Origin: Trichinella spiralis | Lineage: Eukaryota | Direction: 5' to 3' | DNA length: 64,000 nt | NCBI RefSeq assembly: GCF_000181795.1 | Contig: NW_003526940.1 | Span: forward strand, 823,570 to 887,569 | In this document: piece after piece, positions 44,262 to 57,649 of the stretch | Layout of the letters: the number at the start of each line of letters is the position of its first letter | Position numbering within the stretch: the stretch's first letter is position 1 | Made by a program: the position numbers and the translations under genes | Notes under the pieces: generated by a model | Told to the model about the DNA's origin: nothing | Database searches by the model: none | The model's input: the letters and a program-made list of their open reading frames with translations, nothing else

Positions 44262-44631
44262 ATTTTTAACATTCATATTTTCAAAAATTATTTCACAGCT
44301 GTTGGCGATGATAATTTTTCCAATTGTCGAATAGTTGAATTTGTACAGTATACATTAAACAGTGTTTTTATACACAAGTGATGTAGCTTTATTCTGAGAT
44401 GGATAATTTTTACTTGCATGTTGCTTTTCATATAATCGATATGATTGATATTAAATTAGATTTGTTTACATATCTATAATGTAAATTTTAATGCAATTCA
44501 AAATGTTATATGTTCCATAATTGCACACATAATAAATAAATGGTATAATTTACATGCAACATTTTGAATCATAATTCATGCATAAAATCAGATATGGAGG
44601 GAGATTTAAATTTACGAAGCGGATGATATTT

Positions 44632-45514
44632 TTACAATGTAGCTTCATCAGTTTGGGTTGTTGGAACAGCAGTTACTGTTGTCCAGTTGTAATCAGCGAC
44701 CACTGTAGTGAAGTTGTATTCAACGACCACTGTAGTCAAGTTGAGTTCAGCGACTACTGTAGTCAAGTTGTATTCAGGGATCATTGTTTCGGTGACCGTT
44801 TCATTAAGATCGATTTTCAAGTTTTCAGCTGTAGAATTTGTGGCTGGACAATCAATTGCCGTATAATTACTGTCCGGTACGCATCCTGAAGGACAGTCGA
44901 TTTGACCGCATGTATAATCGGAATTTGACTTCACTTTTTGGCAAATGAAGTTATAGTTGGCTTTGCACGTGTACCAGTGAGTGAAAGCCGGTGTCTTTTG
45001 TCCTGGATTGTAGAAGGCTGCACAGTCGAATCCGATGAAGTGACCAAAAGTGGTCGGATTTTTTACAAGCCATGGTCTGAAATAAATGAAAATCGTGAAC
45101 TAAATGTTAGAGAAATTGTTTCCACCTCTTTCGGTGTGGGTATTTACAAAATGCTAATGTTCAAGCCGGATGATTTGGTCCAGAAGAAGCCAGACATGGA
45201 TTTCAATCCCATCCACATGAAATTGTACAGTGGAATGTTTTCCGTAACTAATTGCTTAAAAAGGAAAATATATTTTTGATGTATTCTGAGAAATTAATTT
45301 AATGAGAATATGCTACCCATTCTGTCATGCTGTTTGGAATGAACAGTGTGCCATTGAAAGAGTGGCATGTAGAGTTGGCGTCGGCCCAGGATTGTTTGTG
45401 GTAGAAAATTCGGTAGCAGTTCTTTCCAAAATGGAACCATCCGTCGTCGCAGCATTGGTCGCATGCAGCGGACGTGAACAGTGCAATCAAGCTGAACACA
45501 AGCAAGTGGCTCAT
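44632..45514 (-). CDS. Secreted C-type lectin domain protein with Thr/Asn-rich stalk; exons 45514-45317, 45254-45148, 45076-44632
   Basis: Signal peptide, CDDGWFHFGKNCY, SWADANSTC, WMGL, DCAAF...TCKANYNFICQK. A further 3' exon cannot be excluded. Confidence 0.85.
44667..44774 (-). repeat. 4 x 27-bp coding tandem repeat
   Basis: Encodes EYNLTTVVA / ELNLTTVVV / EYNFTTVVA / DYNWTTVTA. Confidence 0.9.
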
Positions 45515-47936
45515 CTCCGACGATCAGATAGAAATGCGCTGCCGATTCGGTTGGTGGAAAAAGTATTAACTGATGTTCAAGCCGCTTTCAAGCACATTGA
45601 TGCTTTTTATCGGACAGAAGCGGTTGAGGTCAGTGTTCAACCAATTGAAACTTAGCAGTCCAGAAAATATCCATCGAATGAATAAATATTCTCTTTGAGA
45701 TTAGGCTGTAAAGGCGATTGTCCATCTGACCGATCGTTGTATGGCAACGGTTTTTCTCATGGCAAGAAAATACAGCGGTCAGTCCATTGAGAACAGACAA
45801 TCTGCTCAGAAATACATTTGTACGATGGCAATTTGGCAATAAAATCATCTTGTCTTTGACCTTAATTATCAGCCATCAATAATTTATCAACTCACTATTG
45901 ATCTAATTGTTTCTGTGAAAAAGTAGCTCAATAAATAAATCATTGGGTCAACACACATTATTTGACTTACACATTCATTGTATATATCTTCAATATTTGC
46001 AATATATAAATTTAATATACAAATAATCATAACTGAAACCAACCCATGTGCCCGTGGAAAAAATATCATATCCAATGGATTCAGCATGACGCATATGTTG
46101 AAGAGAAACTGCTACCACATTAATATGAGAAATATTTTAAACAAAGTAACCGCTCATTTGAAAATGATTTAAATAAATTAATAAATGCATCCAGTGTTTG
46201 AATAATATTGTTTGGATATTTAAATTTTTTACAACTATTTTAAAATTTCATCATTTACTGTACAACTGACAACATGAATATCTTCAGTTTTAAAGGTATA
46301 CTTTTTATTAATTACTTTATTGTTTATCAGTTACTAAAAAGTCAAACTTTGTGCTGAACACTTGCCATTACAAAATCATTCATCCCATTGATGCGTGTTT
46401 ATCATCAATTCTATTCAGAAAAGTTAACAAATACATTGTTTTTGTTATAATTCATTTTGTAAGACTTCCTTTCAGTTTATCGATTAACAAAATTTTAAGG
46501 AAGGTAATTTTACAACATTTTCATACAATTATTTCCTGTAGTATTAAACAAACTTTTAAATACTTACTATTTGATTTTCATATAAACCTTTCAATGAGAA
46601 AACATTTGTTACTGGAAACTTTTATTCAATACAAATAAACAGAGGTTAGGCAAAGAATGAAAAAAAATAGTTCATCTGAAAAAATCACTTCAGTTAATTC
46701 TACTTGTTTGAAAAATGAATTACGTCAGTTTTTGAAAACAAATTTTTTCTACTTTTTTTGAAGAGAAAATTTGTTTTACATTGTACATGCTAAGTTCAGA
46801 AAAGCAGCAAACGAACTCGTTGGATTGTACAGTACATTCGGACATAAGAAGCAAAACTCGTAATCTTTGTCTAACATGAAACGTAGTTTACGGAGAATCA
46901 AAAAGAATTGCAAACTGATAAGATACTGTAGAATGTTGTAATATATGTGTATTACTTATTATTAATTTAAAAACAAATTTAATTTAAGCAATAAGCAAAT
47001 TCAAAGTATTAAATGCATTAACCGTGTCCATACGAATAATTTATTTCTGTATTTTGACAGGGATAAAATAGCTTCTCAGAAGTAATCATTTGCATTTCCA
47101 TTTCTCAGATTTTATGTACGATTTTGCTTCTTTAAAAAATTTTCCTTTCTCACTTTTCCGTTTTGGTTTCAATGAAATCCACAGATCATGCGGAATAACA
47201 TCACTGTGTAATTATTATTCACTTATTAGCTAGTCCAGATTATCAGCTACAGTATAGATAATAGGCAGTTTAAATCATTTAAAACATAAATAAATGCATT
47301 AAATGCTACAAAAAAACTTAAATTTTTCTACAAATACAAATTCGTTTTAAAAATGAAACTGCTTCTTATTTTCAACATACTTAAAGCGATGTAGAACAAA
47401 ATGCATTGTGCCCCAATATATTATTTAAAAAGTAAAATAAATAGTACAAAATAATAAAATTAAAATAAAATATAGTAAAAAGTTAACATTAAATATTATT
47501 ACTTTACTTTTCCGAAAAAAATACAATGAGTTCGATTTACGCATGATACATGTTTACAAGAATACTGTATAAAATTAACTTGATAATCATTAGAGTATAA
47601 CAAATGCATTAGTAAGTTAAATTTAATTTTGAAACTTACGCCTTTGCTGGTTTTCCACTCCGTCAACAGATATTCTTGAAGGAATGTAAAAAAAATAAAG
47701 TATAAAAACTGCACGCAAACGTTTAGATTCACAAGGCACATTACCATTTGCATACCTTGCTAAGATTGCGCTATAAACGCTATAATAAATCAAACACTGA
47801 TAATAAACAACAAAAGTTCAACACACATTTATTACTTATTTTGTCATCTAACAGTTACGTTAATTAAAAATATATGCGGTACGGATTATACGAAAGAGAA
47901 GCTATAAGTTCACGACGTGGTCATTTATACCAGACA

Positions 47937-48341
47937 TCATTCCGCTTTTTTGGAGACCGGCTTGCCAACTTTCATTTCGGCAGTCTTCTTCGGCAAAAGG
48001 CTGGCATTGATATTCGGCAATACTCCACCTTGTGCGATAGTAACTCCATGCAAAAGCTTGTTCAACTCTTCGTCATTCCGAATTGCCAACTGAAGGTGAC
48101 GCGGAATGATACGTGTCTTTTTATTATCACGAGCTGCGTTACCAGCCAGCTCAAGAACTTCAGCAGTTAGGTACTCCATCACTGCGGCCAAATATACCGG
48201 GGCGCCGGCACCGATGCGTTCAGCATAGTTTCCTTTACGAAGGAGACGATGTATACGACCGACCGGGAATTGCAAACCAGCCCGACTGGAACGAGACTTC
48301 GCCTTTCCCTTGACTTTTCCTCCTTTACCACGACCGGACAT
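47937..48341 (-). CDS. H2A: Histone H2A (intronless, solitary)
   Basis: MSGRGKGGK...[40 protein letters not shown]...LLPKKT. Three CCAAT boxes lie upstream (48457-48513). Confidence 0.97.
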   Translation of the reverse strand: MSGRGKGGKVKGKAKSRSSRAGLQFPVGRIHRLLRKGNYAERIGAGAPVYLAAVMEYLTAEVLELAGNAARDNKKTRIIPRHLQLAIRNDEELNKLLHGVTIAQGGVLPNINASLLPKKTAEMKVGKPVSKKAE

Positions 48342-49412
48342 TTTCACGAGATTTACAGAGCTAAAAATAAGAAACAAACGTCTATCGCACCGAGTCAGGA
48401 GAATACTGGCAGCACTTTGAAAAGTAATCGAGAGATACAAGTAATACGGCTATTCATTGGTCAATTTGCTTCTCAGTGTAGGATTGGTTGAAAATGATAC
48501 AGCGATGATTGGACTGACAAACAATACGTCTTGTTACGTCACACCCACTTTTTATTTGAATAAGCGAATTACCATTTTGCAGTTTCACTTAAATTCATAT
48601 TAGTTATTATAAAGACACCTTTTTAAAGAATTCGAAGAACTATAATAGACAAAACCGTCCGAAACGATGAACTTGTAATTACTTTTTGAAAATCAACTGC
48701 ATAAAATCAAAAATTTAAATAATTATACAGGATACATTTTATAAAATAATATAGAGTATGATAAAAACAATGAAAATGTACAGGATATTCTTTTTAGTAA
48801 ACTCCAAACTGCGTCGCCACCTAGCGATTGCTATTGCTGGATGTTTGACTGCAAAATTGATTTTTGAATATAAATAAATAAATTCACTAAAGAAACAAAG
48901 CTACTGACTAGTTCGTTTCAACAACTAATGATCATTCTTGCCATTTTACAGTATTATAGTTCCCAAGTATTAAATTACAGAATATTACACTGTAAATGAG
49001 GAATACTGTTTAATATTAATTTCCTGATAAAAATTTTTTTAATTTTTTAAGCAACGCAAAAATATGGCAAATAATGTATGACATGCAAACTGTCAGAGAG
49101 GAACTGAAAAAGATTACATAAATCTAATGTAGTATACGGTATTGAAAACAAAAGTTTCCTTATTTGTGAAGAAGTACGCAGTGCTTCCTTTTTTTGTATA
49201 CTACTTTTATATTTGTACATTTCTTATAATTTTATTATTATAATGTGAACTCAGGGTGTGGAGACTGTTTTATTTTGAATTACATATGTAAAATACTTTA
49301 AAAACGTAAAAACGAGTGCTGGTGAACATTTCGTTCAATTATGTATTTTGCATGAACGTTTTTCAGCTATTTTACAAATTTATACATTTTAAGAAATTTA
49401 CTTTAGCAAATC

Positions 49413-52400
49413 TGTTGTGAAAAGTGATAACGATAGATATCTTGATTATCCCGAATTCCTACTGTAGTATTACTGTATGATAAATATAGATTGATTGATT
49501 GACGAAAAATGGGAGGATAATAAAGATTTGGTTCCATCGATTATTGCTCACTCAGTGCAATCGTTATTGTCGCTACAGTCACCGTGTAAGGAAACGATGG
49601 GACAGTTGTACATTCATTTGTGATCACTGTTGCGTAATAAACTACGTAAACAAAGACGATCATATACTTCTTGCTTGAAGCAAGGAGTTCGCGTAAAGAC
49701 GGAACTTGTTTGATTCCTGTATACAGTGTTGATATTGTGTGTGAAGACAGGAACCACAAAAAAACCGAGAAAATGATTTGATCAGTATCAGTGGAAGGAA
49801 AGACGCTGATACCCGATACGGACGTTGAAGTAGTACGAATTGAAACTACTTGATTTACCATTGATAGTGAACGATTTCGAGCGCATCTGAATTCTGAATT
49901 GCCGTTCTGATACTAGACGATACTAGAAGAACGTGACGATCGATTATTCAACCCGATTTTGGAACCCGTTTTACATTTTGGTGCCACAAGCCGGGAGCAA
50001 AACCGAGTGCTCCAAGACGATCAATGCAAAGATGCTGTGAACTGGTAATTGCAGAGAATGAAAGAGGAAATGACCAAAAAGATTGAAGAACTTACGAAGA
50101 AGTTGGATTGCACGAAATAACGTGTGAATGATTTGATGATAGAAATCCAGCATCATTGTGCTGAGAATGCCGAGATTGAGAGAATTGAAGTCATGGTGGC
50201 AGAAATGGACAGAAGATTCTGCCTCGCTGAAGACCTGCAGTCGTCATATGAAGACCTTTTGAACGAAGATGACTTAGCCACAAAAGTGCAAGAATGGAAT
50301 GCCTTTCACTTCACCGTGATGGATGCTCGAGCTACTTTCCACGGTTATAAATAAAAGATCATGAAGCCATCTGTTACAGAAACTACTTAACGGAAGGCAG
50401 CAGGTGGAGAAGGAAAGGAGCTTTGCAATTTGAGAATTCCAAAGTGGCAATTAACTAACTCCCTTTGACGGTGTCACAATGCAGTTCGGTGGATTCTGGT
50501 ATCAGTTCCAATCCAGCGTCCATTCTCAAACTGACTTAAATGACATCGAGAAATTTATGTGTTTACGATCGAGCTTGAAGGGACCAGCTTTGGATGTAAT
50601 CAGTGGATCCTCCACAACTGCAACGAATTATCCCGAAGCAGTGAAGACTTTACGAGAACGATTTGATAGAGCGGACTTGATCATCCAGCATCACATCATC
50701 CAAATAGCAGATATAAAGAAGGTAACTGAATCGTCCGCACCGGGATTACGAAGACTATGACAAGATAATGCTGCACTTGAGAGCGTTGAGAGCAATGGGC
50801 AAAGATCATCACCAGCCAACTGACAACAACCGAGATTTTCTTATCTTTGTTTCAAAAGGCCATGCCATCAGAAGTGAATAGAAAATGGGAAGAGTTGATC
50901 GAATCAAACACCGGCATATCAGCGAATCTGGAGAGTTTTTTAGAATTTGTTCGCAGACAGATTGACATAGACGAGAAGGTAACCTTTACGAAAGGAATCA
51001 AGTCTACCGGTGTGGAGAAGTGCTCAACAACAACAACAACCATCCACGGAAATCGATCTAAAGGAATGCCCAGTAAGTATACGACATCAGCGTTACAGGT
51101 TAGCACCAGAGAAAGAACTAGCTGTCAACTCTGCCATAAATTCCATGAGATTTCTGCCTGCACACAGTTTTTGGCGATTGACGTCGACGAATGTTGGAGA
51201 ATCGCTAAACGTTTAGGACTGTGCCTTAGTTGTTTGAAGAAAGGACATCGCAAGATAGATTGCGTCGCTAGTCGAAAAACAGCTACGGGCCAAGCAACTA
51301 TTCATGATTTGTTGAACAAGAAAGATACCGAAGGTAAGAAGACCGATGAAGAAACAGAAGAGAATATAACGAGAGTGTTTGAAAATAATGATGGAAGTTC
51401 AAGCTATTTGAACGGAAACTTACAGATTGCACAAGCAGTAATCTGTTCAGAGAATGGAAATAGAAGGATAGTTGATTGTATTTTGGATAGTGGAGCGCAA
51501 CGCTCATTCGTGAAAAAAGAAATAGTTGAGAGTCTGGGACTCAGCGGCCCCAAGGAACATATCACCATTTCCACTCTTAACCAGCCTCGTGAACACCACA
51601 AACTGATGCAGGTAGAACTACCCTTGAAAGGAATCGAAAATGATAATTTCTGTGTCATCAATGCTTTGTGTGTTTCACACATCTGCGACAAAGTTCCTCC
51701 GAACCCCCCGATGGAAGAATATGAACATCTAAAAGGTTTGAAGTTGGCGGATCAATTTTCACGAGAAGAGGTAGAAATTGACCTGCTGATCAGAGTTGAT
51801 CACTATTACGATATCGTCTTGAATGAAATTAAAAGAGTGGACAAATCGAAACCGACAGCAGTGAAAACGATATTCGGCTGGGTCATTTGTGGAAAGAACA
51901 TCCCTCAGAATCGAACACACCTTTTACACTGTCAAGTGGATGAAGAGTGTAAATGCGAATGTGACATCATTAAGAAGTTTTGGAAACTAGAAGCACTGGG
52001 AATCGAAATTCAAAACGAATTCGAAGTGAACGACATCTTAAAACGATACAAGGACGAAGTCAAGTTTGATGGAGAACGACATGCGGTGAAATTGCCGTGG
52101 AAAACGCCAGAAGTACGAATACCGAATAATTACGAACAAGCAGAGCGAAGATTACAGCGGTTGGAGAAAAGGCTAAGCAGTAACAACGAACGAGCGAAGG
52201 AATATGATGAAGTGATTAAGAATTATATGGATCGAAGAGGCAAAAAACAAAGATGGGATACCAGGGAAGACATGGTATCTACCACATCATGCAGTTTATC
52301 GGGACGATAAGACGACAGCGAGGTGTAGAATCGTCTTTGATGCATCAGCTAAATATCACCTCGTTGAATGATTTCTTAGAATCAGGACCACCTTCGACGT

Positions 52401-54173
52401 CCATCACTGACAATGGCCGGTTCGAGCTGGACGAGGTTCGCCACTGGCCGCGTGATCACATTGGTCGACGTCCGGATCCTGTCCGATCTCGCGATGCCAT
52501 CGCCGCCTGAGAGCTGTTCCGTGATCACACGGATCGGGCACTGGGTTCCTCCAGGATCAGCACCAAGTCGTTCACCTGCGGGCCGGCTGGGTAAGTTCTC
52601 CATTTCTGTCGTTGCATCAACTCCGACAGGTTTTCTCTTCTCCATCTTCGCCACCATTTCGCGAGGAGCTGCTGACGGTAACGCCGTCGGTGGTTCCATT
52701 GCAGGGGATCACGTACGTGCAGCCGGTCACTAATTGAAACGGCGACAAAGGGTGGCGTTCGTGGCTTTCATCTCCCACGAATGTGAGTGGTCTGGCATTG
52801 AGGTAGGCTTCTACCTCACAAAGAGTTGTCCGGAGTTCTTCTTCATCGAGCAACCCCTTCCTGAGGATCTTCCGCAACGACTCCTTGATCGAGCAGACGA
52901 GGGGTTCCCAATAGCCTACCAGTTCACGCTGCACTCGGTCCACATCCACGAGTCGCCAGAGTTGTCTCAACTCTGACGCGGTGGCTTTGAAAGAGCGGAA
53001 ATTATCCGACTGCATAATCTCCGGTCTTCCTCGCCGGGCGATGAACCGTCGGAGCGCTTGCATCACTCTGGCAGTCGTCATCTGCGAGACCAGCTCCAGG
53101 TGCACAGCCCGGGATGCCATGCATGTGAACTGGCACACGTAGCACTTGGAAGTGACTTTCCTTCCAACGCGGGTGAGCAATGGTCCCGCAAAGTCCATCC
53201 CAGTGTGGGCGAATGCAGCGGCTTCGACCACGACTAGATGGCAAGGCCGCCATTCTCGGCTGGGTCGGTCTGGCCATTGCACGCCTGCAAGCAAAACAGT
53301 TCCAGATTGCCTTCTTCACTTGGGCGCGTCCCTTCAGCGCCCAATATTGCTGTCTCAGAGCTGCCAGCGTATGCGTGGTCCCAGCGTGTAGTTGCCGCGC
53401 GTGGCAGCGTCTGATCAGTATCAGCGTGGTCTCCAGGCAGGATCACTGGGTGTTTCATGTGTGTTGACAATTCAGAGTTTTCCAATCTTCCACCCACCCG
53501 CAGAAATCCCTCTTCATCCACGAAAGGGTGCAGCCAACTGAGCCGACTGGTCGCGACGACACGCCCCTACCGCGACAACGCCTGGAATTCTGAACTGAAG
53601 GCTTCCATTTGGGCCATTCGCCATGCGAACTTCGAGGCATCGTTCAAGTCCGTCCGATGATGGACACACGTCTGGAAACGGTCCCAGAAATGACTGACGA
53701 AAAATAGGAGGATAATAAAGATTTGATTTCATCGATTATTGTTCAAGTGTTCAGTGCAGTCGTTACTGTCGCTACAGTCACCGTGTAAGGTAACGATGGT
53801 ACAGTTGTACGTTTGTTTGTGATCACTGATTGCATAATAAACTACATAAACAAAGACGATCGTATACTTCTTGCTTGAAGCAAGGAGTTCGCGTAAAGAC
53901 GGAACTTGTTTGATTCCTGTATACAGTGTTGATACTGTGTGTGAAAACAGGAACCACAAGAAAACCGAGAAAAATGATTTGATCAGTATCAGCGGAAGGA
54001 AAGACGCTGATACCCGATACGGACGTTGAAGTAGTACGAATTGAAACTACTTGATTTACCGCCCAGGGTAGTGAACGATTTCGAGCGCATCTGAATTCTG
54101 AATTGCCGCTCTGATACTAGATAGAAGAACCTGACGATCGATTATTCAACCCGATTTTGGAACCCGTATTACA
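49413..54173 (+). mobile_element. Rearranged BEL/Pao LTR retrotransposon: 5' LTR 49413-49975, PBS 49979-49996, gag-protease-RT start on +, inverted integrase segment ~52395-53689, 5'-truncated 3' LTR ~53690-54173
   Basis: TGT...ACA ends and a perfect 5-bp TSD AAATC. BEL gag Cys motifs, protease LDSGAQRSF, KTIFGWV, YHIMQ/LNDFLESGP region. On the minus strand: GMDFAGP, AVHLELVS, RFIARRGRP, SDN. Confidence 0.95.
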
Positions 54174-55404
54174 AAATCATTAGCTATAGAATGAGAAAAT
54201 TATGATACGCGTGCTTATTCTGTTATACCGAACAATAAACTTTGCTGAGTATAAATGGCTGTTATGGCTGATGATAGACCCAAAGCGACCAGGAGCACGC
54301 CCGTTGTTCACTTAAGAACTATATATTGCGAGCAGTACATCTCGTGGACCTCAGCAAAATGATGCACTTAACCAAGTTATGCACTCATCCAAATGTGCAC
54401 TTCGCCATTATTTTACCGTATAATTGTCTACAGGAACTTTTGTTAAGCCAAAATCTTGTGTACTTATCGTAATGTATAAATGAGCACTTAACAAAGTTCG
54501 TTTGTAATTGAATAATATTTGTGTAATGGAGATACAAACTTTAAGTGCTTGAAATGCGTACTGAGTTAATTTATTGCCTTTGATGAAAATCAAAAGGGAA
54601 AATGAAGTAAAAGCATTTTTGTATTTTTTGTTTTTGATTGATAAAGCATGCGATTTCATTTCATCTCTTAGTTTTCTCAAAACAAAGCTACGAGATGAAC
54701 AGAGATGACTTGCTTTATTGGAAGCAAATAAAATGTTTTCGTTTGTGAATGGCTACCGTTTCTGAAAATGCTGTTACAGTTAGATAACTTAAAAGCTTTC
54801 CGTTGAGAATGTTCTTCGTAAATAAGTAGACCTGATTTATTACTGCCGGCGGGAGAACATTAACAAACCCATTATGTCTCATTGTCATCCCCATAAATGG
54901 CTACTAACTTCGTCAAAAGTTATGACTAATAATATATTTATTGCTGTACTTTTTACAAGACGCTAATCTCAACGCAGGCGAGAATTCATGATTTTCAAAG
55001 TACTGGTTCGGTTTTTGAATTGATAAATTATTGTAGTATATCGCGAATACTGAATGTTTTCCAGAACTTATGAATGATTCTGTTTTACCTCAAAATTTTC
55101 CTTCACTTCAAATGAAAACTAACTAATAACGGCTGCGATCATGACAGCAATCTAGAGATGATTCTTCTGTAAGACAGCTTTCTTCCTTCAGAGCTTTCAA
55201 ATATTTAGAAATTAAGCTGACTTACTAAGATATGAGATCTAATGCTTATTCCACCTATGAAGCGTTTACTGTCTAAATCATTGTCTCAAAACTGGAAGAC
55301 TACTGACTGTTTCTTTTAACAACCAGTAAAGTAAAAAGATCAGGGGAACTTTTTTTTATAATCTGTATAAACTTAATAATTTGTGATAAAAAAATTTTAC
55401 AACT

Positions 55405-55816
55405 TGTAACAAGCCGCTCTCTCGGGCGGACTCGTTCGGCATCCCAACCGGGTTATTAGCACAGTCGTCACTAGGCGACGACGGGCCGATGTCGACCGGC
55501 GGGTTTCTCTGCGCGGTCATATCCTCCGCTTGGCATCCGCAAGCTCGGCTCCCCTTTCTTCCGGGTTCGCGCTTTCCCAGTAACGTTATCGAAATCAAAA
55601 GATAGGTAAGGAACAGTATTCATTAGCAACTCCGAACAAGGACTGTCACCGATTCGTCACAGTAAGATTACAGCACCAACAACTCGCTCCCTCCAACCGG
55701 CGCACTACCATAACTCTCCTTCGATCTTCAAGTATGTACCCTTACTGTAGCTTCATCCCTCTTCCACTTCGTTGTCCGGACAAATACAGTTGTTAGTTCA
55801 GTCCGTGTCCGTTACA
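55405..55816. mobile_element. Solo LTR (gypsy-like, 4-bp TSD)
   Basis: TGTAAC...GTTACA ends with TSD AACT on both sides; GC-rich island. Confidence 0.85.
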
Positions 55817-56438
55817 AACTTTTATAAAAGCTCATCATAAATTAATGATTAAAAACTTTTTATCCATAAGTGTCATGAACATCTGCGTGTTGTTTATGTG
55901 AAGTATACAGTAACACTAACAAAACTTGAATTATTTTTGTAATTTTTGTTTTTTATTTAAAATTTTTACTACCTCAACCTTATAGTTTTAAATTCATATG
56001 TAAGCAAAGAGATTTTACGCATTTTAAAAATGAAAATGAAAATTCCGCTCCAAAAACACAAATTTTATTTCATTATATTTTAAAATTTGCAATTCAATGA
56101 GTACTGTTTTTTATGTAGTTCTATATCAACCGGCATACAAAGCTCAAGTGTCTGAGTCATATAATTTTACAGGGACAGTTTTTAAAAATGTGTTATAAAC
56201 TTATTTAATTTAGAATTATTTATACAATATTAACTTTATTTGACCTTCATTATGTAAAAACTACAGTATGAAATTAATTAAAATTGTGGGAACTAAAGGT
56301 TTAGAGATCTAAAAGAGTGATATAAGTGTTAGTCTTGGTATTTTCTGTAAATTATATTTGTAAGTTTTGAATGAATTATGAATTTTAAAAGTTTTTTATA
56401 CTATTATTGTACTGATTCAGTTATTTGTACGTGATTAG

Positions 56439-56789
56439 ATGGCTGATGAAAGTTGGGATAACGAACCTAAAGTTCGCATAACTCCAACAATGTTGAAATC
56501 AGGCCGTTACAATGGGAAAATTGTCACTTTGTTAGGTCTCATAGATTCATCTGACTTCGCTAATCAATCTGCTATACTGGATATTGGTGAAAGGACAAAG
56601 GTGAACGTGAAGTTCAAGTGTGAAGCAATTGAAGTGGAAAATTGCTACGCTCAACTCGTTTGTTGTGTAGTGAATCCAAAAGAAGTTCAGTGCGTTTATC
56701 ATACTGTGTTTCCTCCTGATATGACTGCCAAAATGGATATAGATTCTTATTTACATGCTGTTACTTTATTTAATAATCACATGGGATAA
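56439..56789 (+). CDS. RPA3: Replication protein A 14-kDa subunit-like OB-fold protein
   Basis: 116 aa. PKVRITPTML...GKIVTLLG and C-terminal MDIDSYLHAVTLFN align by eye with RPA3 PRSRINAGML...KPVCFVG and FDLGLYNEAVKII. Confidence 0.7.
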   Translation: MADESWDNEPKVRITPTMLKSGRYNGKIVTLLGLIDSSDFANQSAILDIGERTKVNVKFKCEAIEVENCYAQLVCCVVNPKEVQCVYHTVFPPDMTAKMDIDSYLHAVTLFNNHMG

Positions 56790-57649
56790 CTGTTTTAAAA
56801 ATATTTTTCAAGATTTGCTTTTGGTATTCTGCATTTCTATTACTAATCTTATGTTTAACTACCTCCATATTCTTTTAAGTAATTATTTTTATATTTATGG
56901 TAAAGTTGTTTAAGGTGAACATGTATTTTCTTATTCTCAGTGAACCAGTGGTGAATGATATATTAAGCATGTATATATATTATCAATTACTATTTAGTTT
57001 TTTTTAAACGAATAAAATCTTATAACAAAATCAACAAAGGCATTGGAGAAAATATTATGTTGAATAATTGTGCAGCTTTTTTAAGAAAATTTTAATTACA
57101 CTGTTTTTTAATAAATAAACTTTAATTTAAATATAAATTCAATAAAGTGTGTGAACTTGAAAAACAAACTGCAATTACAATTAGAGAACGAATATTCAAC
57201 TAATTATTGGAGAAAGAATATGTAATCAAATATGAAGCAAATATCACGCAGCAGTCAGTGAAATTTAAATGAAAATGAATTTAAATGATTCATTAAAATG
57301 AAGGATTGAGGTGAGACAATCAAGAAGTATTTGATATAATGAAGACTCAAAGGATAAAACCTGAAAGAACATTTTAAATAAATATTCATTTACTAAGGAG
57401 CCCTGTTTTAATTAACAATTACGCTACTAAACTTGAAGCTGATTTGATAAATTGAGCTGCTTCTGAACCTTGGAATACATTTTGTCATATGAACAAGCCA
57501 TATGCTGTACATATATGGAAAAATTTTATTTATCGAAATATTATTTATGTTTGTTGTGTTTTGCCCGGTTGTTGTACATTGTGCTGCATACCCGTTTATC
57601 AAGTGGGAATAAGCCACTCATGATTATATGGCTCTGCAATGCACTCATG

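Noticed and set aside
44667..44774. Regular 27-bp repeats as a CRISPR-like array
   Set aside because: No spacers; an in-frame coding repeat in a eukaryotic gene.
47937..47960. H2A as H2A.X or H2A.Z
   Set aside because: No C-terminal SQ(E/D)-hydrophobic motif, and the core is canonical rather than H2A.Z-type.
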